Program-made: the position numbers and the translations under genes
Part shown: positions 36,864-48,384 of the stretch, piece after piece
Layout of the letters: each line of letters opens with the position of its first letter
How positions within the stretch are numbered: position 1 is the first letter of the stretch
NCBI GenBank assembly: GCA_964019425.1
Contig: OZ025788.1
Span: 620,001 to 684,000 of the forward strand
Length of the DNA stretch: 64,000 nucleotides
Source: Flectonema sp. DT1601
Lineage: Eukaryota
Reading direction: 5' to 3'
The notes under the pieces: model-generated
The model's database searches: none
The model's input: the letters and a program-made list of their open reading frames with translations, nothing else
What the model was told of the DNA's origin: nothing

Positions 36864-37837
36864 CGTTTCATATCAATTTACCCCTAACAATTTAGTTTCG
36901 TTGCCCTCTCATGCTGTTCCCCTGTTTTCTTTGTTAATTTTAATTCAGGTGGTACCCTATAAAGTATATTAAGTAATAAATAATAGTAGTCAGTCTGCTT
37001 AGCAGGGAAAAGATTTCTTGCTTCAACAGAAGTCTACAAATTCGGCTGTGAGTTACATAGTACTTATAAGAAACAGCAATGTTTGTATTAGCTAATGATA
37101 GAAACCTAATATTCTAACGATTATCCAGATTTACCCCCCGAAACCAATCATTATTTGTTTGTTAACTTCGATGATATTTTAATTTGATTTCTTTGATTAA
37201 CATTAAATACTATTATTAACAATAACAAATAAGCACAGCTGAGCTCCGATGGACATTAAGAAATCAGCTCTTTTGAAATAAATCAAAAAAAACTGGAATG
37301 AAGTCCCGGAACTTACTGATAATGACCTAAGAGTAGTAGAAGATTAAGGCTACTGAAACTACGTATTCCAGAACAACGTGTTTTTTTATAACTTTTTTTT
37401 TTTTTTTTTTTTTTGATTTAGTGCACTGTTGTTTAATTACAAACTCATATCCTAACTAACAATAACTTCCTGTAAGCTATTGAATAACTCGATTCCGTAC
37501 TGCATCAAATTACGGAAAAAGAGACATTCAGATCAGTTAGAACATTTGATATAATGAATGTCGGAGTCTTTGACGACATTTTCGTATGTTTGCCTTTCTA
37601 ACGTTACCTTTAGTCATCTGTATCATTAATTATTTACATTAGTTAACCATTTGATACAAGTACCCATAAACCCGTGTGAAGAAGTGCTGCGTATGTTATC
37701 ACTACAACACGTTTTAAAAGTAACCAATCGTTTCATATCAATTTACCCCCTAGCAATTCAGTTTCTTTGTTTTCTCTCATGTTTATTCCCCTGTTTTCAT
37801 TTTTTTAATTTTAATTCAGGTGGTACCCTATAAAGTA
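36864..37837 (+). repeat. ~105-bp imperfect direct repeat (36864-36966 and 37729-37837)
   Basis: Both copies read cgtttcatatcaatttacccc...ttaattttaattcaggtggtaccctataaagta. Confidence 0.85.
37241..37390 (+). repeat. Dispersed repeat family; other copies at 59247-59436 (-), 9074-9120 (+, partial), ~37870-37950 (+, partial)
   Basis: gagctccgatggacattaagaaatcag...gaacttactgat...agattaaggc...tgaaactacgtattcca aligns with the reverse complement of 59247-59436. Confidence 0.85.
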
Positions 37838-40800
37838 AATATTAACTAATAATTAACAACGTTCAAAAGAAAAAAAAAATTGGAATGAAGTTCCAGAATT
37901 TACTGCTCGGTGTTAAACGGACATCAGAAACGTTGTGTTTTTTTTTTTTTTTCACGTTTCTTGTTATGAACGATTTCAAGGAATTTTCTTTTTTCGGCTT
38001 AAGTGCCACATAACGTTTGAATTAGTTAATTTGGATACAACATATATCTTTATTTCTTTATAGATATAATTTCGGAAACGGCTCTTGCAGAGAGTAAACA
38101 AAAACTCATAACACACAGCAACGTTTGGATTAAATAACTAACCAACTTAATTAAATTGATTATTTATTTGTGATAGCCCCGCCTATATAGAACTTTTTTT
38201 TTTTTTTTTATTATTTTTTTTTTATACACCTTGTTTTTAGTGCAAAGTACCCCCCTAGGGTAGTGTAAAAATTGCTAAAGCTCGGGATGGCGCTGAAAAC
38301 ATCACAATTTACTAAGCTAAGGTTTTTATTTCTTAGTTCTGTCTTGGACGCAGATGGAGAATAACTTCATTATAATATCCAAAAACTGTCGTTGATCCGA
38401 CAATAGCTCTGTAGATTTCTATCTCTGAATTGTTTGAGTTTGAGTCATCTTTGCGGCGAAGGGAGTGAGGAAAGTGAAGAAAGCTCCGACACAAAGTGGA
38501 AGGAAGATAGCGCACGAGGCAAAAATAGTGGGCCCGCAGAACGTTGAAACCAAGAGCTACTTGTATTCAACTAATCTTCACAGACAGACAATAAGTCGAC
38601 ACAACCTATGGCAGGTTCCTCGAGATAGACTTGACGATACCTTACTAAGATTCAATGCCTTCGTACACTATAGTTCTGAGTGCGATCATCATGTACTGAC
38701 TACAAATATAGCTCTACATTCAGCTCGTAGGATAATTTAGTGGATGACGTCGGGCATACCAGGCCAAACTTCGGAGCTTAAAGGACCTTCTGGGGCTTCT
38801 ACTCTGCGTGTTCACAACACTAACACATCAAAAAATGTCAAGAGGAAGTCCCTGCAATCTACAAGTTGGAGTACCGGCAGGGGTCCCAAGTATTGTTGAA
38901 CATTACTTCGTGTGTTTTCGCATTTTTCAGTTACTTTTCTGCCCACTAGGTGCGAACTTTTGGTGCATTTTCAACGATTTTCAACGTGTGTGGTGACTCA
39001 AACCCACACCCCTTTTCTCCCCTTTTCCCCTTTGCCAATTTTTTAAAAAAAAGCAAAAGAAAAAAAAAAAAGCTAGCCCGCAAAACCCCGTTTTTTTTAT
39101 GGTTATTCATTTTATTCGTTTTTTTTTTTCTTTCTAAATATTTTTTTTTTAGCGTTTTGTGTGTTGCGTTTTGTGGATTCATTAAATGAGTTTTAATCGA
39201 TCTGCCGATCTGCCCTTATTCTGCTTTGGCGGAAAGAAGTAATCGTGATTCTTTTACCCAAACGTCACCGTACCAATAGTTGTTCCTAATTCAGAATATC
39301 AGTGCACCCTGTTCTATTAGTAACTCACAGTAGAGTATTTGTAGAAATAATTCAGGGAGAGCAATAAGCTCAGCATTTACATGTATTCTGTTTTGTGAAT
39401 GAATCCTAACGCAAGTCTCTTTCCTTGTTTTTGTTTCGCATAACGTCTATTTTCAAACCATATTGCACTTCATACTTTTTTATCTCCGGTGTCGGATTTT
39501 GCCTGGAACTTTGGCATGTGATTATTTTCATGAAGAAAGTTTTATATATGGAATGGAGAAGATATTATTGTTGTTCCCATCTCCCGTCGTCCCCAATCAT
39601 TCTTTTTATTCATCCCGTCAGCTCATTTCTCCGGGCAAGGTGGACAGCTGGAAGTCGATCCAGTTGTTGCTGTTTAACATTATCAATATCTCCCCTTTGC
39701 GGTCATCGTTTTGCAGACAGAATCATAGAACTAATATACGACGTGCGACAGGAGATTGATGGTTCTCCAGGCTTTTGTGTTGTCGCAAAATCAATTTTTC
39801 TGTTTGCTTTATTTTTCTGACTTTGATTTCTATTTCTTAAAATCAATAGATTCACGAGATATTCATTTTGTTAGCGTTGCTGTGAGAAGTCAGATGTCGG
39901 GAAACCAAACGATCTATCTTTCCCAATTAAAACTAACGTAGATTAGCAATCGACAACGATCTTTCGTCCGTCCATGTTGATTTGAGTGGACAAATGAAAA
40001 GCCTTTTTCTAGTGAATCTACTATTCCTGTTTGTTAGCATCCTCAATCGTTCTCATTGTGATTTAATCATATTCACTGTTGGTGGGTGAAACCGTTTGTC
40101 TTTTGGGACGGGGTAATGGTTATCGCTCTCCCCTTTCTTTTCCCCCTTTTGTCTTCCTTTAGGGACTGCGACGAAATGCTTAAATGAATAATGACGCTAG
40201 TCTCTTTTAGTTGAGGTTGGGTAATTCTAAGGTAGCCTTCACATTTCTTGTACGAAATCTATCCAATGTACCTGTGATTGTGAGTCAACCTTCTTTACAC
40301 AATCGGGAATCATGCGGTTGTTTATTTAACTGCAATGTCTTCTAAGACACTCACAAAAAAATATTTTTCTTTGGCATTTCCTCCCTTTATTTTATTTTCC
40401 CCTTTCAGGCCTATGAATAATAATATGTTTTTTTTTGTTTTTTTTTTCCGCTTACCCCCCTATACACTTAACCTCTTTTAGAGAGAGCAGTATTACGTAT
40501 GATGCACAACAATAATGATAAAGTGCTTCATGTATAAGTTTGCTGGTTGAGTTGTTTTGTGTGTGTTTGCGTGTCATGTAATCGGGAACTACTATGAAGT
40601 CTTCAATAACAGTAAAGCAAAAAGTTCTACTCTTCACAGGAGAATTGTTTTGTGTAGTTTTACTGAATTTCTTGTTGATAATTTCTTTTGCTATACTGAT
40701 GATTGTATAACATTAGTAGGGAACGTAGTTTCGTGTGTGTGCTGGATTTCTTTTTTCACGCAATCCTCGATAAAAGCCATCCTCCTCAATGATTGAAATA

Positions 40801-41046
40801 TACTTTACATAATTATTTCTTCATTAGTCGGAGTTCTTCTGCACTGTTTGAATTTTGATTACTCTAAGCAGTGATTCGAGATCCCCGAGGGTGAGTCGGG
40901 TTCTTGGCTGAAAATAGTGAATATTTCTTTTTTTTATATTTTGATTTAGTGAAATTTCCTTATCCCATATTCTAACTGTTTACTTATCTTTGGAACGAAA
41001 TGCCTGCTTTTCAATTTATTCACAACACAGCTGTATATTATTAAAT

Positions 41047-41766
41047 ATGGTTAGGACCATCCGCCTTTCTACGGACTCAGTCGTCAGCATCAGTGGTAAG
41101 CAGCTGAAAAGGAAGAAGCAAAAGAAGATACCCACCGTGAAGGAAATCACTGCGATAAAGACAGCTGTTTACACTGTTTGCGAGAAAAAGCGAAAGATGT
41201 TGGGCTGGGCAAAGTGTCCGAAGTATACATTGGACCCGCTTGTTGACAGAGTGATGAAAATGATGAACGCGAAGGCCGGTGAGCATTTTGTAGATGCTGG
41301 ATGTGGAACGGGAAATATAATCGCACACGTAGCGACTCGCTTTGGGTGCGACTGCACCGGAATTGAGATTGCAAAGTGGAACCTCGATGTTGCGAAAGAA
41401 GCTGAATCTAAGTTTCGTGCCTACCGCGCCGAAGCCAGCCTTCCTCAACCAAATGTATCTTACATCCATGGCGACCTTCGAGTTCAGCTCCCAGCTATCA
41501 CAACGACTACTGACATCTTATGGTGCTCAAACTTTTTGTTCCCCATCGAAGTCAACGCTTTCGTACTTGGCCAACTGTATCGTCTCAAACCCGGTGCTCG
41601 CGTTTTCATGATGCGCGATCTCATACCTGATCGTGAAAACATGGGTGCCACTAAATATTTCGAGAAAACAAAATTTCAATGGGGTGCTGGAGAAGTTGAG
41701 TGGACTGATATTCCGGGAGATCTCTTCATTTACGTCAGGACTGATATTCCATTCGCTGATAAATAA
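41047..41766 (+). CDS. DOT1: DOT1-family histone H3 lysine methyltransferase, trypanosomatid DOT1A/B-like
   Basis: FVDAGCGTGN, CTGIEI, SNFLFP, RLKPGARV...DLIP, W...EVEWT...G..FIYVR; basic N-terminus. Confidence 0.85.
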   Translation: MVRTIRLSTDSVVSISGKQLKRKKQKKIPTVKEITAIKTAVYTVCEKKRKMLGWAKCPKYTLDPLVDRVMKMMNAKAGEHFVDAGCGTGNIIAHVATRFGCDCTGIEIAKWNLDVAKEAESKFRAYRAEASLPQPNVSYIHGDLRVQLPAITTTTDILWCSNFLFPIEVNAFVLGQLYRLKPGARVFMMRDLIPDRENMGATKYFEKTKFQWGAGEVEWTDIPGDLFIYVRTDIPFADK

Positions 41767-42401
41767 GACAGGCCCACCACCCAGAAGTAGCTGTGATGAG
41801 ATCAGTTTTAGAGTAGTCACGATAGCGAACACCTCTGTGAGGTTGTGTTTGTCTAATGTGGGTTGCAGGTCGTATTTCAGTTCGCCACTGTTGCACTCCT
41901 GTTAAGGCCGACAAATTTATTATTTTAGTCTTGAAGTATTGCAAATGTTATTATCAACATGCCCTCACATTCTCCTTTCTTGTATTTCTCGGGAATGTGT
42001 GTACTGTTACATGTAGATACGGCACCTCAGTAAGGTGCTTTAGTAGAATTATTATTATTGAAAGAGGGAATTGTATTTAACATTAAAGTTATTCCTTTTA
42101 TTGTATTCCTAATTGTTAATCACCCCCCACACTCCACATCCTTTGCCTATTGTACGACTCGCTTTTCATTTTCTTTACTGGACGCTCGTCTGTTATTGTA
42201 GTCTATTCAAAAATTTTCATACTCTAGAATTGTTTTGTGTGAGGCAAGCTTTGGTGTGCTCTAGTACTTTCTGTTCCTTCCGATTCGCAACTTACAAAAC
42301 ACAAAAATGATGAAGGCGGTATCACTTTGTTAGCAAAACCTTGACATGTGTGTTTATTTATAATTTCATTTAAACAGACGGGCTATCAGACAGTTATTCT
42401 A

Positions 42402-44705
42402 ATGAATCTACGTTTCCTGCTCCTGTTGTTGACGGCAGTAGTGATTGAAGTATGGGGACAAACTGTCACTCAAACTGTTCACCTAAATGAATCAATCCCA
42501 TCTGAAACAAAAACTCTGATTCCGCTCCTAAATGAATCAATCCCATCTGAAACAAAAACTCTGATTCCGCTCCCAACTGAAGTACCAGAAACCCCGCTTC
42601 CATTTATCGAAGGAAACTCGCCATACGAATGGTTGGGTATCGGACTTAATGTATTAATCATCGTGGTGTTACTATTTTCGTCTTGTTGGATTGTAGGGAG
42701 GTATCGAACAGAGAGTTCAGGAGACATAGGTACTAATTTATTATTGACATTACCTCCGATTAGTGTTTGTGAACTACGGCGACTCTTAACAACTGATCTT
42801 CGTCAGATTGTTCCAACTGCGAGGGAAGCAAAGATCCTTGCTGCAAAGCCGCATCTTCGAAGTTTACCGAAATCATTACTGTGCTGGAGGAGAACACAGT
42901 TAGGAGCTGCAGTGGTATTCTATTCAGTTGCTTTTGCACTTTCATCTTCGATTGTCTACTCACACGAAACAATTGCAACACATGTATCTGAAGACCGTTC
43001 TTTGTCTGACTTTGCGGTACTCCGTAAGCACTTCAAACATCAAATGCTCGACATGATTCCATTCACTCAATCTGTTCTTTCTGTTTCTTTCTATTTGTTT
43101 GCAATGTTTCGTTGGCAAGACTTAAGTCATTCTCAATTTCTTACAATAACCGGATTTACGGTAACGTTCTTTATCCCATTCGTGTTTTTTATGATACCGT
43201 GGATGGAAATTGACAGCCCACAGAGGATGGTTCAAGACATGTGCAGGGCTATAGCAGAAGTACTACCAATATCGACAGATGATGGAGTTATTTTAACACA
43301 CACACATATATGTGATAATAGTGCTGATAAAATTGGTGAAATGTTCGAACATCACCTTAGATTGATAGGTGTTGAAAATGGAGACCTTATACTTGTTCTG
43401 ATGGGTATTGTTTTGAAGTACTTGGTCTACGTACCAACGGTGATCTCAGCATTTTTAGCTATGAAATCTCTAGCACCAGGTGTGCTTGGTATCCTGATGG
43501 GTCTTCAAAGTGGCTTAAGTTTATCTAAGCTGGCCTTACCTGGAGCTCGACTGACTACCTGGTTGTTAGTGTTGCTACAGGCAGCAGCAGTTCCCATAAT
43601 AATGTTTTTATGCGCAGTTATATTAATTGTTGTTGGGACCTATCCAACTACTTTTACAGCAATCTGTATGACTATGTCAGCGTCTTTGTTTATAATATTT
43701 CATAACAAACTGTTGGAAACAAACTCGTTTGATGCTTCTATTAGAATTGTTCGTCGGTTGAATAGAATCTCACTTGTACTGAAGGTAATCGCTGTTGGGT
43801 GCCTCGTGCTTGGAATCTTCACTGCTAGTCAAATATTAGCTTTGAAGGCTGAAGGTATTGCAGTTATTAAGAATGCTCTGACTCCTATTGCGATTGCTCG
43901 AGTATCTGTTTCATTCCTCGCTGGTTTCTTTTCATCAAAAGTTGTGTTTACTGACATCGTGTTGAGGATAATTATTGGTACTTACATAGCTTGTATTAAC
44001 GAAGATTCAAAAGAAGATCGAGTAGAAATTTTGAGAGACTTATTATTTGTATCATCAGCATTGAAGGAATATGAATCTAAATTTAATCTAGAACCACTTG
44101 ACAGAGAGATGAATGACCTTGGAAAGCAAGCAGTAGGAGAAGCACCCATGAATTCGATAAGTTTTTCTTCTTGCGCTCCATCTGAAATCATGGATTCTCC
44201 TCATCAGGTTGTACATCCTCCTTGCGAGTCGGGTTCTCGTGACGTGAATCAAGTGGATTCCCCTCGCCAGGCGGATTCTCCTCACCTGGTCGTAGATCAA
44301 AAAGATTCGGAACAGATGGATTCCCCTCGCCAGGCGGATTCTCCTCACCTGGTCGTAGATCAAAAAGATTCGGAACAGATGGATTCCCCTCGCCAGACAG
44401 ATTCCCTTCACCTGATCATGGATCAGATGGATTCCCCTAGAGATTCTCAAGTCATGGATCCTCCTCGTAAGACAGATCCTCCAAAACTTTCCCCTTTGCA
44501 GGTTCCATCGCATTCTCGTTCTCAGGCAGGTACTTCAACACAAGCCAATGCACTCGCGGCTTCCCCCAAATCTGCTCAAGAGATTGATTCTCAACGCAAT
44601 ACTTCTTCTAATTCACCTCCGCAGGAACTGATACAGCAAAAGGGCGTCAAACCTGCTGAGTTGCCTGTAGAAAATGGGGAAGATACTGAAATGAAATCAA
44701 TCTAG
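42402..44705 (+). CDS. Unrecognised multipass membrane protein, paralogue B, with repeat-expanded C-terminal tail
   Basis: Same motifs as paralogues A and C; ATG 42402 begins a signal peptide MNLRFLLLLLTAVVIEVWG. Confidence 0.85.
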   Translation: MNLRFLLLLLTAVVIEVWGQTVTQTVHLNESIPSETKTLIPLLNESIPSETKTLIPLPTEVPETPLPFIEGNSPYEWLGIGLNVLIIVVLLFSSCWIVGRYRTESSGDIGTNLLLTLPPISVCELRRLLTTDLRQIVPTAREAKILAAKPHLRSLPKSLLCWRRTQLGAAVVFYSVAFALSSSIVYSHETIATHVSEDRSLSDFAVLRKHFKHQMLDMIPFTQSVLSVSFYLFAMFRWQDLSHSQFLTITGFTVTFFIPFVFFMIPWMEIDSPQRMVQDMCRAIAEVLPISTDDGVILTHTHICDNSADKIGEMFEHHLRLIGVENGDLILVLMGIVLKYLVYVPTVISAFLAMKSLAPGVLGILMGLQSGLSLSKLALPGARLTTWLLVLLQAAAVPIIMFLCAVILIVVGTYPTTFTAICMTMSASLFIIFHNKLLETNSFDASIRIVRRLNRISLVLKVIAVGCLVLGIFTASQILALKAEGIAVIKNALTPIAIARVSVSFLAGFFSSKVVFTDIVLRIIIGTYIACINEDSKEDRVEILRDLLFVSSALKEYESKFNLEPLDREMNDLGKQAVGEAPMNSISFSSCAPSEIMDSPHQVVHPPCESGSRDVNQVDSPRQADSPHLVVDQKDSEQMDSPRQADSPHLVVDQKDSEQMDSPRQTDSLHLIMDQMDSPRDSQVMDPPRKTDPPKLSPLQVPSHSRSQAGTSTQANALAASPKSAQEIDSQRNTSSNSPPQELIQQKGVKPAELPVENGEDTEMKSI
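42483..42572 (+). repeat. Perfect 45-bp tandem duplication in coding sequence
   Basis: LNESIPSETKTLIPL twice; each unit carries an N-E-S sequon. Confidence 0.95.
44254..44420 (+). repeat. 63-bp coding tandem repeat, ~2.6 copies
   Basis: DSPRQADSPHLVVDQKDSEQM repeated. Confidence 0.9.
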
Positions 44706-45234
44706 ATCTAGCCCTCTCAATTCCATAACGTTGTGACTTTTCACGAGGTTCGATAAATATGATAAATAACATGTCCTGTTTTGTGCCGTGAAGGGTTTTC
44801 AAGTGTTCCGAATTCTCTATCGTTTATATTTCGGTGTTTTTGATCAGAAGTCATGTGTAGGGGATGAAATATATCGTCTCACTCATTCCCAGTGGTGTCA
44901 TCCTTTTTGTAGTAGTTCTTTGTCAGAGATAAATGACAATTACTAATCTCCAAAAGCAATCAACCAAACACAGTTTAATCATTACATCATTAAGTTGATT
45001 TGAACACGGTGATAGTGATATCTTCCTGTTCTTTTTTTTTTTTTTTCCTTCCCCGTATTACTAAGTTTTGCAATTTTCTTTGGCGCAATTTAATTACGTG
45101 ACAAAAACATAAAGAAATTGGAACATAAAGAAATTGGTTCTGTTGGTTTTCGTTTGACACAGAGAAACCCACTTTAATAAATTAAATAAACATTTAATTT
45201 CTTCGGTAGGTATATCGCAAAGTACTAATAAAAA

Positions 45235-47121
45235 ATGTTATTGTGGATTATAGCACTACTTATATTAGCGCTGAACTGCGAGGTTTGTTCAGCAACAACC
45301 GTTCCCTCTACTGAAGTTCCCACAGATGTTCCCACAAAAGTACCGACGGAGGTTCCAATAGTTCCGACGGAGGTTCCAACAATAGTCCCGACGGAGGTTC
45401 CACCAGAAAATGAAACAACAGTACCGCTAACAAATATTCCTATAACACCTGTTACTCCTGTTCCTGATGTTGAAGGTTCTTCACCTTTAAAGTGGATGGG
45501 GATTGCAATAAACGCTGCAGTAATAGCCGGATTGTTATTGAGCTCCTGTTGGTTGGCAAGATCCTCGAAGACGAAGCCTGGGGGAGGGTTGTGCATAAGT
45601 TTTTCGATGCTACTGCCACCTCGAACCTGTGAGGAATTAAGTCGGCTTGTTACTAGTGATCTTCGTAACATAACCCCAACTGCTTCTGAAAATATTATTT
45701 TGGATCTCAGATCAGCCAATCAAAAGCATCATCTTCGCCAACTACCAAAAGCAATGCTTTGTTGGAGGCGAACTCAATTATCTACTGCGTTGTTATTCTA
45801 CGCTGGCTCTTTGGGGCTCGCTGCTGCAAATGTATATATGGCAGGTTCGTTCTCAACCATAGTCACTGGAAGCGATAGTCTTTCTGATGATACAATTCTG
45901 AGAGGACACTTTAGAGATCAAATTTTTGACATCATTCCATTCAGTCAGGCTATCCTCGGTCTCTCATTCTACAGCTTCGCCGCTTACCGTTGGCATGACC
46001 TCAACCAATCTCGATTTCTAGCAATAAGTGGGTTTTGTGTAACTTTTCTGATGCCTTTTGCATTCTTTATGGTTCCCTGGATGGAGATTGACAGTCCTCA
46101 AAGGAAAGTCCAAGATATGTGTAAGTCACTGGCTGACTCTGGGGTTCCAATCTTTACCATTAGTGGAATTGCGCTCAAGTACACAAACATTTGCAGTAAA
46201 ACAGCACACGAAATCGGGTATGATTTTGCACACGATCTTCTGCTAAGAGTAGACAACGGTGGATACGCTCTGAGCCTGATAGGAACGATTTTGAAGTTAC
46301 TGGTGTACGTACCAACAATAATCTCATCTTTTACTGTTATGAAGTCTCTAGCACCAAATGTGCTTGGTATCTTAATGGGTCTTCAGAGTGGGTTGATGAT
46401 ATCAAAAATTACTTTTCCTGGTGCCCGACTGACTACGTGGTTGTTGGTAATGATGCAGGCTGCTGCCCTTCCAGTTACGATGTTTTTATGCGCTATTATA
46501 TTAATTGTTGTTGGGACCCTTCCAACCATGTTTACAGCGATCTTTATGACTGTGTCAACGTCTCTGTATATTGCATTTCATGGTAGGCTGCTGAGGGCTA
46601 ACAGGCTCAAAGATGCGATTTCTCTCGTTGGAAAACTAAATCGAGCGAGCCTTGTCCTGAAGATCTTGGCTGTGGGATTTTTGGTGTTTGGAGTCCTGAA
46701 GGCTGCTCAAATTATGGCACTCAAAGCTGAAGGTGTCAAAGTTATCCAGAACGCTTTGAGAGGACAAGTAATTACTCGAATGGCGATATCATACTTAGCG
46801 GGATTCTTTTCATCTAAAGTAGTATTTACCGACATCGTACTTCATATGATTATGGGAACTTATGTCGCGTGTACTCAAGATCCACAAGAAGATCGTAATG
46901 AGGTAATGAAGGATTTATTGTATTTATCTGCCGCACTGAATGAGTATGAGGACGAGTTTGATTTACAGGCAATCGAAGATGGACATCTTGATGACTTTGC
47001 TGATTTGGGGCAGCTAACCATTGCCTCACCTGTCCACCACTTAAGGAAGCGAATTGAATTAGCAACGGTGCCAAACGAGTGCTCCGTGACAGAGATTGAT
47101 GCACCAATGCTAATCCAATAA
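45235..47121 (+). CDS. Unrecognised multipass membrane protein, paralogue C
   Basis: Signal peptide, VPTE-repeat mucin-like stalk, same conserved motifs as A and B. Confidence 0.85.
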   Translation: MLLWIIALLILALNCEVCSATTVPSTEVPTDVPTKVPTEVPIVPTEVPTIVPTEVPPENETTVPLTNIPITPVTPVPDVEGSSPLKWMGIAINAAVIAGLLLSSCWLARSSKTKPGGGLCISFSMLLPPRTCEELSRLVTSDLRNITPTASENIILDLRSANQKHHLRQLPKAMLCWRRTQLSTALLFYAGSLGLAAANVYMAGSFSTIVTGSDSLSDDTILRGHFRDQIFDIIPFSQAILGLSFYSFAAYRWHDLNQSRFLAISGFCVTFLMPFAFFMVPWMEIDSPQRKVQDMCKSLADSGVPIFTISGIALKYTNICSKTAHEIGYDFAHDLLLRVDNGGYALSLIGTILKLLVYVPTIISSFTVMKSLAPNVLGILMGLQSGLMISKITFPGARLTTWLLVMMQAAALPVTMFLCAIILIVVGTLPTMFTAIFMTVSTSLYIAFHGRLLRANRLKDAISLVGKLNRASLVLKILAVGFLVFGVLKAAQIMALKAEGVKVIQNALRGQVITRMAISYLAGFFSSKVVFTDIVLHMIMGTYVACTQDPQEDRNEVMKDLLYLSAALNEYEDEFDLQAIEDGHLDDFADLGQLTIASPVHHLRKRIELATVPNECSVTEIDAPMLIQ

Positions 47122-47574
47122 TGAAGTATTCTTGTTGTAAGTTGACATCTTTAATTAGACGCAAGCAAGCTGACAACAGGGATTGCAACGATAAACAAGA
47201 AGTGCATCATCCCAGATAACAGGGATTTAACCCATAGTGACTTCCTTAATAATAAGGATTTACGAAAGAAAGGACGAAATGCTTTAATAATAACTGCGTA
47301 TCCCTTTCATAATTTTCCCCCCCTTGATAATAAGGGTTACTGTCAATGTGTCTCTTACTCCTGAGATCGAGAAACCGATGTAATGCGTTCTCTATTTCGT
47401 TGCTAAGAGTATTGTTTATTGTTTTTGTGGACCAAATACAGTCGAAATGAAAGAGTCTCCGACTTTTCTTTCCTTGTTTACCTCTCTTCCTTTGTTTGCT
47501 TTTCAATTCGTCGTAGTCTGCTCATTGAAGGAAGTTTAGCTAGCTCACTGACCTACTTGAACAGGTACACAAAA

Positions 47575-48384
47575 ATGTCGTTATTGTTCGCTGTAGCTGC
47601 TGTAGTGTTGTGTGTAGACCAGAATACCAGCTTTAAGGGATTCCTACAAACTGGAATTCAATATCAGAGTCTGGAACAAGCTCTTCAAAATTCGACTTCC
47701 CGCGGATTTCACCCGACCTACGTGGATTTCTACAGCTTCGGTGCAGTCACACTCGTTAATTTAATACTAGAACCAGTTCCTAAACATCGTGTTGCGAATA
47801 TACTCCTACATGGTATGAACCAGCAAGAGACTTTTCACGCACTGTATGACGAACCCTTAGGAAGATTACCGGCATTCGTTGAATCATTCCGACTAAAGGG
47901 AGAGATCAAGTATGCTGTTATCATGACCGCAAAGAGAGATGCTGATGTGAGGGAGTGGCGGGTTATATTGAGCACTCCCCCGAAGGCATGGAGTGTAGCG
48001 ACAGCAAAGTTAATCAAACTAGGTTATCATCCGGTATCCGTGACAGTACAAAGTGAAGACAGAGAACTATTGCGAACCGCATTGTGGTATATGACTGGAG
48101 ATGATTCTTCAGAATGGCAGATGGACAATCAAGTTCCTCTCGATTCTTTTTCTCCATCACCTTCTTGTGGTCCTGTTCACGTTGACGCGTATTCACATAA
48201 TTCTAAAATATTTCTTTCTGTCATTTGTCGGAAGAATACCCCTCTCGATATGCTTCTCCAAGTTGCCAATCGAAAGTCTGCCAGTCAACTAACTTCACTG
48301 ATGAATATTAACAATCAACCAATAACAATCGCTGGGTATACTATCGGTCATTCAAAGAGATACACAGCTACTTGGTTTGTCTAA
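47575..48384 (+). CDS. Secreted protein with bacterial tandem repeat domain 1 (BTRD1, polyglycine-hydrolase-type) repeats
   Basis: Signal peptide, then ~5 repeats of ~50 aa: GFHPTYVDFYS..., PAFVESF...KYAVIM, GYHPVSVTV...TALW, PVHVDAYS..., PITIAGY...RYTATW. Confidence 0.65.
   Translation: MSLLFAVAAVVLCVDQNTSFKGFLQTGIQYQSLEQALQNSTSRGFHPTYVDFYSFGAVTLVNLILEPVPKHRVANILLHGMNQQETFHALYDEPLGRLPAFVESFRLKGEIKYAVIMTAKRDADVREWRVILSTPPKAWSVATAKLIKLGYHPVSVTVQSEDRELLRTALWYMTGDDSSEWQMDNQVPLDSFSPSPSCGPVHVDAYSHNSKIFLSVICRKNTPLDMLLQVANRKSASQLTSLMNINNQPITIAGYTIGHSKRYTATWFV

Noticed and set aside
38333..38960. Possible Tc1 transposase remnant (RKVKKAPTQSGRKIAHE) with weak inverted ends near 38240 and 38950
   Set aside because: Similarity is too short and the ends match poorly; no DDE motif recovered.
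39425..39941. Overlapping 60-130 aa ORFs
   Set aside because: No motifs and no ATG/acceptor context like that of neighbouring genes.
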